Shown: one piece after another, positions 25,571 through 39,019 of the stretch
Numbering within the stretch: position 1 is the stretch's first letter
Layout of the letters: each line of letters starts with the position of its first letter
NCBI GenBank assembly: GCA_004431415.1
Contig: QPMI01000289.1
Coordinates: 1-64,000, forward strand
Length of the DNA stretch: 64,000 nt
From: Cyanophora paradoxa CCMP329
Taxonomy: Eukaryota; Plantae; Glaucophyta
Direction of reading: 5' to 3'
The notes under the pieces: model-generated
Told to the model about the DNA's origin: nothing
Databases searched by the model: none
Seen by the model: only the letters and a program-made list of their open reading frames with translations
Position numbers and translations under genes: made by a program

Positions 25571-28500
25571 CTAGGCGTCGCGCAGGAACGCGAGGGCCGA
25601 CTCGAGATGGGGCGGGGGCGTCATCCCGGCCGCCGGGTCGAGCCGCCCCGAGCGCAGGAAGCCCAGCGGGGGCGGCTCCGCCCGATCCGCCAGGACCCGC
25701 CGCAGCACCTCCCCCGCCTTCGTCGTCTCGTCCACCTGCAGCGCGGGAAGAATTCAAAGGCGCGCGAGCGACCACATTTCAGAAATTAGATATTAATGGG
25801 GGCGAAGGGTGGTGTAAAACAAGAAGCCGACGCACGCGGGCACCCACGGCCTCGAGCTGTTGCCCGAGCCCCACGCGGCGGACGCAGGCCCCCTCCGCAC
25901 TCGGCCCCTCCCCGAGGCGCCAAAAGCGGAAAATGTTGCCGTTTCCGCTCGAGATGACGCGCGTCCCGTCCTGCACTTTACGTCAGAGCCCGGGCAGGCC
26001 GATATCGATTAATTCTAAATCTAGGCTTCAGGAGAATTCACGCACGGGAGTGAAGCCGACTGCGAAGACCCAGCTGATGTGGCCCCGCAGCGTCCAAAGC
26101 GGCGCGCCGTCCTCTGCACCCCACACCCGAACCTGCGGCCAGGCCGGGCTCAGCGGGGCGCGCGGGAAGCGAGACGCCGCCACGGTTGGGGCCGCGCGCA
26201 CGCTGCGGTCGAAGCTGCTCGACGCGATCTTCGAACCATCCTGTTGGCCATGGGCGGCGTCAGGGCGGGCGCTGCGGGATGGGCGCGCCACGCGGCCCGC
26301 ACCGGCGAGAAGGCGAGCGAGGTGATCCACCAGCTGTGGCCCGAGGTCGACCAGCGCAGCCGCCCGTCCGCGACGCCCCACAGGCGCACAGTGTTGTCGC
26401 AGCCCGCCGCCGCCACCAGCGCCCCGTCCTGCGCAGCCAGCGATCAGCGGAGGGGGATGGATGGTCATGGCAAGGGGAGGGGCCGACCGGCGAGAAGGCG
26501 ACGGCCTTGACGGGCTCGGCGCTGGCCCGCAGCGCGGCCACCTCCTCGCCGTTCTGCCACAGCCGCACGCTCCCGTCCTCGCCGCCCGACGCCACCAGCG
26601 CCGCGTCCTTCGGCGAGACCGCGACGGCGAAGACGCGACCCTCGTGGCCCTTGTACTCCCGCAGCAGGAAACCGCCCGCCGCCCTCCACACCCGCACTGT
26701 CCCGTCCGCCGAACACGACGCCAGTGTGTTCCCGTCCTGCCCGGAAGGTTTATAATCAGCGCCGACCTGGGGCCTAGAATATCGCGCGCGGTTCATCGTA
26801 CCCGCGACATGGAGAGACCCCAAATGGCGTCGCGATGCGCATGCCAGTGGCTGAGAACTGTGCCGTCGCCCTTCCACAGGCAAATCCAGCGGCTTGTGCC
26901 GGCGACCGCCACCAAATCCCCCTCCTGCTCAGTAGTTAGCAATTGCGAGCGCCTCACGAGGTCGCCGGTCAGGCTGAACGAACGGCGGAGATGGCGACTG
27001 CGTTGACTTCGAGCGGAGCGGACGAGGCGCCGACGGCCGCAGGAAGCTTCTCAGCCCCTTCCACGGCCGGGCTCCTCAGCAGACGAAGGGCAGTCCCGTC
27101 GATAGCAGAGCGGATGCGGACGTTGCCGTCGTAGCTCCCCGCCGCGAAGCAGGCACCCTCGGCCGCGACCGCCAGGCAGGTCACGCGGCGCGTCGTACCG
27201 TTCGGCTCCAGCTCCCGCCGCTCGCCGGCACTCGTCGCCGTGCCCCACAGCCGAACTGTCTTGTCGAGGGCCCCTGATACGATATGCGATCCGTCCTGCG
27301 CTGTGCATCACCGCGGTTCACCACGCCCAGAGAAGCGAGGGTGCACGCACGGGCGATACATCAAGTCCCAAAATGTTGGCGGTGTGCCCGCTGAGAACCG
27401 CCTGCAGAGCTCCCTCTGGAAGCCTCCAGACCCGGATCTGTGCGTGGCAAGAGAGCCAGATCATCAGAAATAGCGAACGTGCAAGAGCCAGACACGCGTA
27501 AAACAACGAAGGCGTGCACCGTCTTGTCCCAGCTGCCGGACGCGAGGAACGAGCCGTCCTGCGCATGCAGTAGCTCCTTAAATTAAAGCCGCATCGCGTC
27601 CATCTAAATCAAGAGGCGCACGGGAGCGAAGGCCAGCGCCTCGATCCAGTAGTGATGCCCCCGCATCTCCCGTACGAGCCTGCCGTCCTGAACGCTCCAC
27701 AGGCGCACAGTGTTGTCGCAGCCCGCCGCCGCCACCAGCACCCCGTCCTGCGCAGCCAGCGATCAGCGGAGGGGGGTTGACGGTCATGGCAAGGGGAGGG
27801 GCCGACCGGCGAGAAGGCGACGGCCTTGACGGGCTCGGCGCTGCCGCGCAGCGCGGCCACCTCCTCGCCGTTCTGCCACAGCCGCACGCTCCCGTCCTCG
27901 CCGCCCGACGCCACCAGCGCCGCGTCCTTCGGCGAGACCGCGACGGCGAAGACGCGACCCTCGTGGCCCTTGTACGTCTCCTGCAGCCGCATGTCCGTTG
28001 TCATCCACACGCGCACTGTTCCATTCTCACTGCCCGTCACCAACAGCTTCCCGTCCTGGCGAAAAAGCTAAGGACGAGATTGGTCCGCGCTCCTGACCGA
28101 GCGAAAACGCACTTTGGCCAGCGCAATTGCGAGCACGGGTGCGTTGTGCGCCCTCCACTCACGGACGACGGACCCGTCGGAGGCGGAGCGCAACCGCACG
28201 AATCCGTCCGCTCCGGCCGCGTACAGGGCATCCCCGCTCTGCGCGCACGTGTTCATGATCGTTCTTTGCAAACGCCCACGCGGGCATTGTTCATGCACAT
28301 GATCGTTCGCGGTGCGACGGCAAGCGTGGAGCGACGCACCGGAGTGAAGGCAACGCCTGTGATGCTGACGCCCGTGTCGACCACCAGAAACTCTTCCGCC
28401 GTGCCGGCGCGCAGGAGCGCGAGCGTCCCGTCCTCCCAGCCCGTCGCGACGAGGCCGTTCTCCTTCAGCGGAGAGAAGGCGACGGCGTTGACGGCGTTCG

Positions 28501-31500
28501 TAGAGGACTTCGAAGCGGTTTCGCCGTCGCGTCTCGTGTACAGCGGCTGCGCGCGGGTCGCGTTATTGTCGGCAAATTTGTGGAGATCTAGATTGAAATG
28601 CGAACGCGTAGGTTGGGCAGCTGCGCGCACCAACAAGCCTGTGCGGACGTTCTCGAGTACGGCGCCGCGCAGGTCCGCCCCCGACAGGTTCGCCTCCTGG
28701 AGGCAGGCCCCGCTGAGGTCGGCCTCACGCAGGTCGGCGCCGGCGGCCTCCATGCGGTACAGGTCGGCCCCCGGGGCGCGCACGCCGCGCAGGTCGGCCC
28801 CCGCGAACGACTCGCCGGCAGCGTTCAGCACCGTGAGCGCGTTGCACGCGGCAATGGCATGATGTGAGTCGATGGCGACCCCAACGTCCCGCGACCGGCG
28901 GACGACCTCCCACAGCACCTCGCGGAACTCGGGCGTGCGGCGCGCGCGCTCCGCCAGGAACCGCACGATCGCCGAGTCGTCCACATACGACCTGCAGTCG
29001 AGCCCCCCACGGCGTTAACGTGCGATTCGCATTCTAAGGATACGTGATCATGAGGCTCTTCAGGTGTGAAGCGCACCGGCGGCCAAGCTCCGTGATGACC
29101 TCGATTCCCTTGAGGCGTTCGATGCCGTTCGCGATGAAGTACTCCTTGAGCGACGCTGCGCGGCCCGCGATCAGAACCGCGGCACGACCCCGAGCAAGGG
29201 GGACTCGCCGTGAAGGAAGCGGTAGAGGATCTCCTGGCCGCGAGCGCCGGCGTCGGCGGAGCGTTCAGCATCCAACGGCGCGGCTAACAGCGCCGCCTCC
29301 TTTGAGCGCTGCGAGGATGTGGTTAGGTCGGGGCAGCGGTATATAGCTAGCGGGCCGCGGCGTGCCTGAAGCTTCTTCAGTATCTCGGAGGCGCGCCGCA
29401 TGGAGCGCTCGGGATCCGGCAGGGCCTCGATGGCTTCGAGGGAGATAGGCTGCCCGAGACCAGTCGACTTGGCGAGGGGCACCGAGAAGGCAGTGGTGCG
29501 AGCGCGGTCCATCAGCCGCGCGATCTCAATGCAGAGGCGGCGGCACTCGTCGGCCAAGGCCGCCGAACCGCCCTGTGAGGCCCAACGCTTCTCCTCCCGC
29601 TCGAGCCAGCCGGCCACGAACGCGTCGTACACGTCGCGCAGGAGCACGCGGTCGCCCTCCGTGAGGCGCCGCCCGGCGCCGCCCGCCGAGTTGGCCTTGA
29701 TCTTGGGAAGAGCGCGGAGGGCGATGGAGAGCACGAAGGGCGTGCGGATGACGTCCAGCAGGCCGTGCACCTCCCGCAGCGTCTCCATGTGCCTGCCGCG
29801 CGCTTCGAGTAAGATACGTTCAGAACAGACAGATCAGCAATGCAAGCTGCGCACCACTTGGCGTCGCCGTCGGGCCGCGCCTCCTTGACCCACAGGTCGA
29901 CGTACTCCTTGATCTGCAAAGGGATTCGCGCGAGGCGGGAGCGGCGGGGCGCGGCTGGGGCCGCCGGGCGCGCCTGCTCGGGGGAGAAGGGGCAGGTCCA
30001 CGCCTCGCACACGGAGCGGGCGCCCGACGCCTCGTCCAGCGCGAACCGCTCCTGCGGCACCGGCGCGCGTGAGCGCTCCATTCGAGACTCGCCTGGGGTC
30101 GACCGGGCCGCACCCGGTAGCGGGCCCCGAGGCAGGGGACGAAGGTGGCGCGGCAGGCGACGACGAGGCGCGCCGCGAGCCGCGGCAGATCAGCGTCCAT
30201 CGCGTACGGCGGCTGCCGTCACATCAGCGCGCCCCGCCGCACGGAAGGAGGAGAGCGACACACCTTGCCCTCCCGCCCATCGGTCCCCTCGTCGTACGCA
30301 TCCAGAAGAACGAGGAGGCCGCCGCTGCATGAGTGGTGAGTGGAGCAGGCGGGCAGCGGCGGGTGACACGGAGGCACCGTTTGGGGAGTTCGGCGACCGG
30401 AGAGGACTGGTCCGCGGGGAGGCCGGCCGACAGCAGCAGCGCGTCGGCCAGGCGGCGGTGGGGCCCGATCGAGGGGAGGGAGAGGAAGACGGGGAAGGGC
30501 CGCCCGGGCCGCCATGCGGCGAGCAGGCGGCGGTGGAGGCGGCGGAGGACGGTCGTCTTGCTGCAGCCCGAGTCGCCGGAGAGGAGGAGGCTGCGGTAGG
30601 GCCCCCGGCCGGCCGGCCCCTCGCCCCGCTCCGCGAACGCCGCGAGCGCCTCCTCGAGGTCGAAGCGGGGCGCGTCCGGCGCGGCGCGCGTCTCCGCCTC
30701 CGCCGTCGCCTTCGCCGGCACGTACACGAGCAGGTGCGCCGCCTCCTCCACTGCTTTCCTCGCCAGCTCGGCCTCCTCCGCCTCGTACTTGGCCAGCGCG
30801 GCCGCCCGCGCCTGCTGCAGCGCCTCGGCGAGCCGCTCCTCCGCCGGCGCCGCCGCGCGCGCCATGCGCAGCAGCTCCGACGGGCCGCCGCCCGCGAGGG
30901 GCGCGACGGGGGCGGCCGGCGGCACCGGCGCGAGGCGCGGGCAGGGGAGGGCCTTGCACGAGTCGGCGGCCGCGAGGGCGGCGGGGTCGAGGCGGAGGGT
31001 CCGCTTCGCGGCGGCGCGGGCGGCGGCGGCGGCGGCGCTGCTGCTCTTCGAGGCGGCGAGGCGGCGGAGCCAGGTGAGGGCCTCCTCGGCGACCGGGCCG
31101 CCCCCTCGAGGGCGGCGAGCGAGGCGAGGGCCCCGCCGCCGCCTCCAGCGGCCCCGCGCCGGCGTCGCCGGCCTCGACGGCGCGGCGGGCGAGCATGTAG
31201 ACGTGCGCCGCGGCCCGCGGCCAGCCGGCGCCCGCGAGGCGGAAGAGGGCGGCGCAGAGCGCCAGGGCGAGCTCGCGGCAGGCGGCCGCCTCCGCCAGGG
31301 CCGCCCCGTCCGCCTCCTCCAGCAGCGCCTCCAGCTCGTCCCCGGCCCCGCGCGCCGCCAGCGTCCCCAGCAGCCGCGCCCGCGCGAACCAGCGCTGCTT
31401 GCTGGGCGGCTGATCCGCCCCCGCCACCACCCTCGCGGCGCCCCACACCTGCGGACCCGCGGGTGAGCGGCGAGAAAGGCAGCCAGGGTTCGGCAGCGTG

Positions 31501-33267
31501 AACAAATCGATCCGTGGCGGCGAGCGCTCTGGCGGGGCCGGGCGGCCGCCGGGGGCGCGCCGCACCTCGCGGAGGAGCTCGGCCGCGTCGTTCCGGTGCT
31601 CCGCGCACAGCAGAACGATGTCGATCACCTGCGCCGGCATCGGCGGCGGCGGCGGCGTGGCCGGTGGTGGCAGAGGGGCGGGCGGTGTAGGGCGGAGGGG
31701 GGAAGAAGGGGGGGGGGGGGTAGAAGAGGGGGGCGGGGGGCAAGGGCGCACGGTGGCGGCGCCGCAGGTGGCGACGCCCTCGGCCACGAGGCGGCCGGCG
31801 CGGAAGAGCACCACCGCCACCCGCCCTGGCCCGCCCCGTCAGCCCCGACACGCACCGCCGCGCGCGGGGCGGGCGCACCGGCGGCCTTCGCGCGGCGCAC
31901 GGCGTCGCCGAAGCGGTCGAAGTCGGAGCGCGCGGCGACGAGCGCCTGCTGCGCGAGCCGCGCCGCCGCCTCGGCCCGCCACCAGCCCTCCCCCGCGCCT
32001 GCCGCGCGATCTCGTCCAGCCGCCCGCTCAGCGGCCGCACCAGGTCCTCGTGCCCCACCCGCGCCCGCGCGTCCCCGCTGCCCGCCCCGTCAGCCCCGGG
32101 CCGCGGCGGGGGGCGGGGGCGGGCGCACCGTCGCCGGCGGCCTCGAGGGCGGCGAGGACGGCAGAGACGAGCTCGAGGCGCGCGTGCGAGTCCGCGTCCT
32201 GCGGCGCCGCCCCCTGCCCCCGCGCCCCTCAGCCGCGGCGCCCCGGCGCGGCGGCGCGGGCGGGCGGGGCCTGCCTTGAAGACCGCGGGGTCGAGCTGCG
32301 CGGGGGCGGCCTCAGGGGCGCGGCGGGCCTCGGCGGGCGGGCGGGCGGGGGGCCACCTGGGCGGCGCAGAAGCCGGTGACGCTGCCCCAGTCGGAGGAGG
32401 AGAAGGTGCCCGGCGGGAGGCGCTCCAGCGTCCGGGCGACGGCGCCCAGCAGCCGCGGGTCCGCCAGCTGCGACCCGCCCGCCTTCTTCAGCAGCGCGTC
32501 CGCCAGCTGCCGGCCCCGCATCAGAGCCGAGCGCGGGAGTGGGAAGCGGGCGGCGGGCGCGCCCTGCGGCACAGTTCGGCGTCGCCGGAGGCGACGAGGC
32601 CGCAGATGTCCGCGAGCTGCTCCTCCGTCGGCGCCCCCTCGCTCGCGAACACAGAGAGCGCTGCGCGCGGCCGCGCGCGTCGGGCGGGGCCGAGCGCGGG
32701 GGACTGGACGGGCGCACCCTTCTCGCAGAGACGCCGCAGGCTCGCGCGAGCGGCCGCCGCGTCGCCGCCGAACCCGTCGCGAACGAGCGGCATCGACTCC
32801 GCCGCGTCCGCCTCGTGCGCGAGGCGGTACAGGGCGGCCAGCTGCGCCAGGCTCCGCGCCTCCCACGCCCCGCCCAGCGCCCGCAGCGCCGCCGCTTCGC
32901 ATACGCCGTCGATGCCGCCGGCGCCAGCCGACGCTCCGCCGCCGAACTCGAGCTCCAGCGACACGTCCGCGACCTCCAGCGCGGCTGCCGCGGCGGGAGG
33001 CTTCTCGCCCTTCGCGGGCGGCGCGTCATCGCACATCGGGGCCGGCTTCTGCGGCTGCTCCTGGCGCTGCTTCTCGGGCGCTGCTGGCGCCGCTGGCGCT
33101 GCGCTCGCGACCTTCTTCTCGCCGCTGCTGATCGTCAGCACGCCCTCCTCGCTGGACGCCGGCGCGCTGCTCTTCGGCTTGACCGGTGCGCACGCAAATG
33201 GCAGCCCATTGCAATCGAGGTGCACGGTGAGCGGCTGTGGGCTCTTCTTGCAGCACACGCCGCCCAT
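25571..33267 (-). CDS. NACHT-pentapeptide repeat-WD40 protein, copy B (inverted paralog)
   Basis: Same exon order and motifs as copy A on the opposite strand (MGGVCCKK, GDSGCSKTT, LLVLLDAYDE, pentapeptides, WD40s), ending ...ALAFLRDA*. Confidence 0.88.
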
Positions 33268-34271
33268 GCTTCTCGCTCGGCTGCAGCTGTTCTCTGGATC
33301 AGCGGGTTAAGCACGCACGGCCCGGGCCCAAAAACGAGCAGCAGGCGAGCGAGTGACGCCGCGCGCTCGCTCGAAGATCGAAGACGAACATGCTTGTGAA
33401 GCCTGGGCGCGCACCCGAGAATTGAAGCGACGAATGCGAAACGTCAGGATTTGATGGCGCGCGCGATGACGGCGGGCCTGGGAGTTGGGCGCACCGACGA
33501 GGCGCTGCCACTGCTTGAGCTCGAGGCGTCAACCTTGCGGGCAGGCGGAGCGTGACTGCCTCACGGGTGCTCGCGATTGGAAACGCTGTACCCGGCTGGG
33601 GTCGGACCCTCCCCCCTCAAAAGTGGATGGCGCGGCTCGTCGCCGGGCGCACCTTTAGCTAAATCGTAAGCTGACGCGAGTACAGCGAGTCAGCGACAGC
33701 TTCGCGCCTGGCGACCTTGGAAGTGGAAGTGGAAGTGGACATTGGACGTTGTACCCGGCGCGAAGAAACCCCCCCTCCAAAAAAGTGGAGCTGTTCAGAC
33801 AAGCTGAGACAACTCGCGCTGGACGCGCCTAGATCATGAGCTGACGCGAGCACAGCTGCAGCACGTGCGCAGAACTCGCGGCAGGAGACGTCCAACACGC
33901 TTTGACGAACCACGTCGACGTCAGCGGGACGTCACGGCGCGTTGCTAACCTCCGGCCAGCAGCCGCAATCGATCGATCTGGCTCTACTCTATGCGTGGAG
34001 CGATGTGCGACAGCATGAGCAGCATCAACGACGAATAGTCGAAGATCGCTCGAGCTCGGAACCTGCGTGCAGCCGACCACGTAGTCTCCGCAAAGTTGGT
34101 TTGCTTTCGCGTGCAGGATTGCTTTAGCTGCAGTCGGCCGCGGTGAACCACTTTCCGTGCGGCGCAGCGCTAGCTGTAGCGGCCGCGGGCGCCGCGTGCG
34201 CCTTCGCTGAATATACGTACCTCGAGCTCTGAGGCCTAGCAGGGCTCGAGGTTGGAGGCGGCAGCGGGGGG

Positions 34272-37200
34272 ATGAATACGCAGACGATCGCGACCGCGGC
34301 CCCGAGCGCTTTCGAGCGGCTCCAGGCTCTCGTCGCCAGCTCGCCGTCGCCTTCGCCGTCGACGTCCCCGGGCGCGGAGCGCCCGTCGCAGTCCTGCGCG
34401 AGCGCCACGTGCGCGGCCCCTCGCCTCTCTGTATCTCTTTCACTGTCTGGCGCCTGCTCGCCCCGGCTGTTAACACATCGTGCAGGTGCTTCGGCAGGCT
34501 CGCCTCCCGCTCGCCGTCGCTCGGCCAGCTGCACGAGCCGGCTGCGCTCGCCGTCGCCTGCTTCCACGAGGCGCGCCACGCACACGGCGCGCACCCGCTC
34601 GCGCACGCGGCGAGGCCACCGGCGAGCTGCTCGCGCCTCGCACCGTGCGCCACAGCGAACCCTCCTCGAGCGCGCCGGCGCCGCGCTTCATGCCGTCTCG
34701 AGCTCCGCCCTGACTCCATCCACGCGCAGGCCGTCGCCCTTGGGCGCCGACGAGCGAGCGGGCGGGGGGCGTCGCAGCGTCAGCCCCCTGCGCCCGCTCG
34801 CGCACCCGCGGTCGTGCTCGGAGGGCCTCGGCCTGGGGCTCGGCTCCCTCCAAGAGCAGATCGCGGGAGCGCCGTATCGGCCCCTCTCCCCCTTCCGCGA
34901 CGCCTTTGCCGCGCTCTCCCCTACCCCCTTGCGCGGCCCGCCCCTCGGGACCCACAGCAGCTCCGTTCCCCCCGGCTCGCTCAGCAGCCCGCGGGGCGGC
35001 CGGCGGGGCTCGCGGGAGGGCGAGGGCGAGGGCCACAGCGGGGGCCGCCTGAGGGAGCGGCTTTCGCCGCTGGAGCTCCCCGGCGACGGCCTCTCGCCCC
35101 TCTGCCTCCCGCTGCTCGAGGCCGACGCCGCCGTGCCGGGCTCCCCCGCCCCCTCCGCCCCCGCCGCCTCCTGCGGCGAGGTGCCCCCCCTCAACCTCGC
35201 CGGCTTCGGCGCCGGCGCCGGCCTCCCCCTGCCTCGCCGCGCTGGCCGGGGTACGCCTCCACGATCTCCACCTCGAGGCCCCGGGGCCCGAGGCCCGGCC
35301 CGGGGCGGCGGCGGGGCGGCGGCGGGCGGGGAGGCGGGGGCGGCGGGGAGGCAGGCGGCAAAGGTGCGGTCGACGCGGGACGAGTGGATGGCGCGGGCGT
35401 GGACGGGCGCGATGCAGCCCGAGCCCGAGCCCGAGCCCGAGCCAGACGCGGAGGCCGAGCCCGAGCCCGAGGCGGGGCCGGAGGAGCGGGAGGGGACCCA
35501 GCCCCACGCCGGCCCCGCCGGCGACGACTTCCACGACGCCCTCGAGAAGTCCCTCGGCGAGATCGGTGCGCCGCCGGGCGCCGGGGCTCCCGTTTAGCTG
35601 AGGCCGGGGCGGGCAGAGCGGCGCTCGGCGTCGGCGGCGGCGGCGGCCGCGCACGCCTCCAAGTTCGCGTCCCTGCACGGCCTCCCCCGCACGAGGCCGA
35701 CGCCCGCGGGGCCGCCGCGGCCCCCGGGCCTCCGCGGGGGCGCCCCGGGCCTCGCCGCGCGCCGGGGCGGCCTCGAAGGGCCCGCGGGCCGCCAGGGCGC
35801 CACCAGTCCCGGGTCCCGCCCCGCCCGCTGGCCGCCTGCTCGGCCCTCGTCCGCCGCCGAGCATCTGCGTGCGCGGCCCCAGGGCCCGCCCCGAGGAGGC
35901 CCCGGCCCCCGCGGCCGTGGACTTTGCGCCGGGGCAGCGCGTGCACGTGCAGCTGGGGGAGCGCCCCGCCCTCCTCCGCCTCGCGCTGCCCCGTGCCCCG
36001 ACCGCGGCCCCGTGCGCGAGACTGTCGCCCGCCCCGGCCCTCGATGCTCGCCGCCGACCTCGCATGCACCTCTCCGTGCGCCAGGTCGTCGTCTCCGTCT
36101 TCCCCGCCGGCGTCGCCGAGGTCTTCGCCTCCGCGTCCCCCCAGGCCCCGCCCCGGCCCGAGGCCGCCCCCGGCACCCCGGCGCCGCTGGTGCGGAGCCC
36201 CCCACCCAGCCCCGCCCCCACGCGGCCTGACGGGCGGGGGCGGGGGCGCCGCGGCGCGGGGGCAGGGGGAGCGGCTGCGGCTGGAGCAGTTCCGGTCGGA
36301 GCAGAGCGGGCTGGGCGTCTTCGGGGTCTGCCTGGGGCCCTCCGACGCCTCCCCCAAGCCCGCCCCCAGGCACCTCCACCTCGGTGCGCGCCCCCGCAGC
36401 AGCCCCGAGCGAGCGGGCCGGGCGCGTTTGGATCAGCCAATCTGCGCGTGTGACGGGCCCGGCGCTGCAGCGGTCTCCGGGGCGAGCGAGGGGCACTGCA
36501 CGCTCCAGGCGCACGTGCACCCCCTGGAGCGCCTCGCGCTGGGCCGGTGCCGGCTGCCGCCCCTCCCACCCCCCGGCACCGCTGCGCGCGAGCCGACCTC
36601 CCGCCGCCGCGCAGGCAGAGGCAGGGCCTCCTCGTGTTCCGCGGCACCCCGGAGGGCGAGGAGGAGGCCGTGCCCGCCCAGTTCTTCGAGGTGCGGCGCC
36701 CCGCTCCCCGCCGCCGGCGCCCGTCCCGATTGGCCGCGCGCCCCGAGCGCCGAGTGCCAACCGCGAGAGCCGCGGGGTGCAGGTGCACCTGCCGCGCATG
36801 CGGGCCGGCCAGAGCCTTCTCCTCTCTCTCTCCGCCCCCTCCTTCGTCACCGCCTACTCCTCCCTCTCCCACCCGTACCCCGGCGAGGGCGCGCCCCCGG
36901 CCCCGGCCTCCGCGCGCCCTTTACCGGCCCCGGCCCGCCTCACCGCGTCAATTTGCTGCAGACCACTTCGGGGCGCGGGCGAACGCGGACCGGGCGCAGG
37001 TCGAGATCCCCTTCTCGCCGGCGGCGGCCGGCTCGCGCCTCTACGTCGCTGTGACGCCCTCGCCGGGGTTCGACCCCGCGGACCTCGCGTCCTCCCCGGG
37101 CCCCGAGTCCAGCCGCTCGGGGGCGATCCGCGGCGCCGGCGGGGCTGCCGAGGGCGGGAGCCCGGGCCCGGCCGAGGGCGGCGTGCCCCGGGCGGCCTCC

Positions 37201-37635
37201 GGGGCGGGGCCCCCGTGCGCGTCGACGTCCCTCCCCTTCACCGTCTCCGTCAGCGTCGACCGCGGTGCGCGCCTCTCGTGCCCGCCCCCGCGCCCGCCGG
37301 CGCTCTCCCCGGCGCTCGGCCTCAGGCGACCGATGACGAGGGTGCGCGGGGGCAGACCTCGGCCTCTCCTCCGTCTCGGCGCACCTCTCCCGCGGGCAGT
37401 TCGCGCACGCCGCGGCCTGCCTCTCCACCCGCCTCGCCGCCTGCTCCGGCTCCGCGCCCCCGCCCTCCCCTCGCATCTCACCCGCGCCTCCCCCGCGGCG
37501 CCGGCGGGGCGCCGCCCCGCATCGGGGCCACTCTCGCCCTGCGCCGGCGACGGCGGGGGCGGCGGGGGCTGCAGCTCCCTCGACTCCAGCGTCCGCGGCG
37601 CCGGCCCGCAGAGCTCTCCGAGCGCTGCAGCCTGA
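34272..37635 (+). CDS. Multi-exon protein of unknown function (low-complexity N-terminus, beta-rich C-terminal exons)
   Basis: Long first ORF, then coding-like blocks bounded by GT/GC...CAG introns (DDFHDALEKSLGEI; LSVRQVVVSVFPAGVAEVFAS; GHCTLQAHVHPLE; SRLYVAVTPSPGFD). No family recognised. Confidence 0.55.
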
Positions 37636-37800
37636 CACGAGAAGCTTTAAGCAGCCCGCCATATCGATTTCCAAGCAAACTTGAAAGAGATATCTTGGGC
37701 CGGGCCCAGGCCCCAGGCTGCCCGCCCACTGGCGCCAGCGGCCCGGCAGCGGCAGCGGGGCGCCGGTCCCGGACTCCCGCCCGGGGGCCCGGCGGGGGCG

Positions 37801-37802
<2 letters not shown>

Positions 37803-37857
<55 letters not shown>
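37803..37857. repeat. Poly-G tract (about 55 nt)
   Basis: Uninterrupted G run. Confidence 0.9.
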
Positions 37858-37863
<6 letters not shown>

Positions 37864-39019
37864 GGCTACTAGGTAGCTGGCTCAGCCTGGCTGATCAACT
37901 TGCTGGCAATACCGTAGAACACTTGAATATAAGCAGTACTGGTGTCTAGACTCTAAACTCTAGATCTAGACTCTAGAGACTGTGGCCGGTAATTCACCAA
38001 AAAACAAAAACTTAGTAAAGTAATGCGCGCGTGCACTAAATATTTAATAAGGCCCAATTTAAGGGGCGGCCCGGCCCGCCCACGGGCGAGCCACCCCGCC
38101 GCCCGCCGCGCCTCCGCCAGTACTAGTCCCGCGAGCCGCCCCGCGGCCCGTCGCGCCTCCGCCACGTCCCGCGACTCGGGCGCGGCCGCGGCCCGCGAGC
38201 CGCCCCGCCGCCCGCCGCCCGCGGCCGCGGCGCCGCGCCTCCGGCGCCCTCCGCCCGTGGCCTGAGCTGGCGGCCGGGCGGGGCGGGGAATCGCCGCGGC
38301 GCCGGGGATTCCCGGCAATTTCCCGCCGGGGATCCGGAAGTTGGACCGGAACCAACTTGCTGCCTGGGCCCTCCTCAAATAATAGTCGCGCCTAGGGCAA
38401 CGTACCGAGGACCCCTGAGCCGCCACCGGACGCACGGGCTTGCGGATCTTCTCCGTCATCGGAGCGACCTGCGGACGCATGTCATTTAGCAGCCGGGCGG
38501 GTACAGCACCCCCGCCGGCCGGCCATAAGAAAAATTAATTGAAAAATTCGAGATTTTTGCTTTGGAAAATGCACTCCAAAACATGATGGCTGAGAGGAGG
38601 GTACAGCAACAGTGGCGAACCTTGGGCGTCTGCAGGCTCCACCTCGGAAGCCGGCCTCGTCTGGGGCCTGCACGTGCGTGCCTCCTAGTATGAGCCACGC
38701 GTACGCTTGCGCTAGACGCTGTAGCTAGCTATAGCGATAGCGCTGGCATGGAGCAGGGTAATGGCTTGCAAATTGCTGCCGCACCTAGAGCTCGAGCTCG
38801 ATACCGCGGCCGGTGCTCCTGCGCTGGCCGCCGGGCCCGGGGCGCCAGGCCGCCGCATGCGCAGTGTCTCAGGGTCTGTCGCCGGCGAGCGAGCAGCTCC
38901 AGCGCTAGCTATATATAGCTAGCTAGCCTAGCTATAGTAGCCTATAGCTAGTAGTGCCGGCAGCTGCGCATGCAGCGCTAGCTATAGCCTAGTAGCGCTC
39001 GCTCTCTAGCTATAGCACT

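Larger units (their letters stand above)
16290..33720. repeat. About 8-kb inverted segmental duplication (about 16290-24480 vs about 25660-33720) with a unique spacer of about 1.1 kb
   Basis: Reverse-complement similarity covers both genes and about 450 bp upstream of each ATG. Confidence 0.9.
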
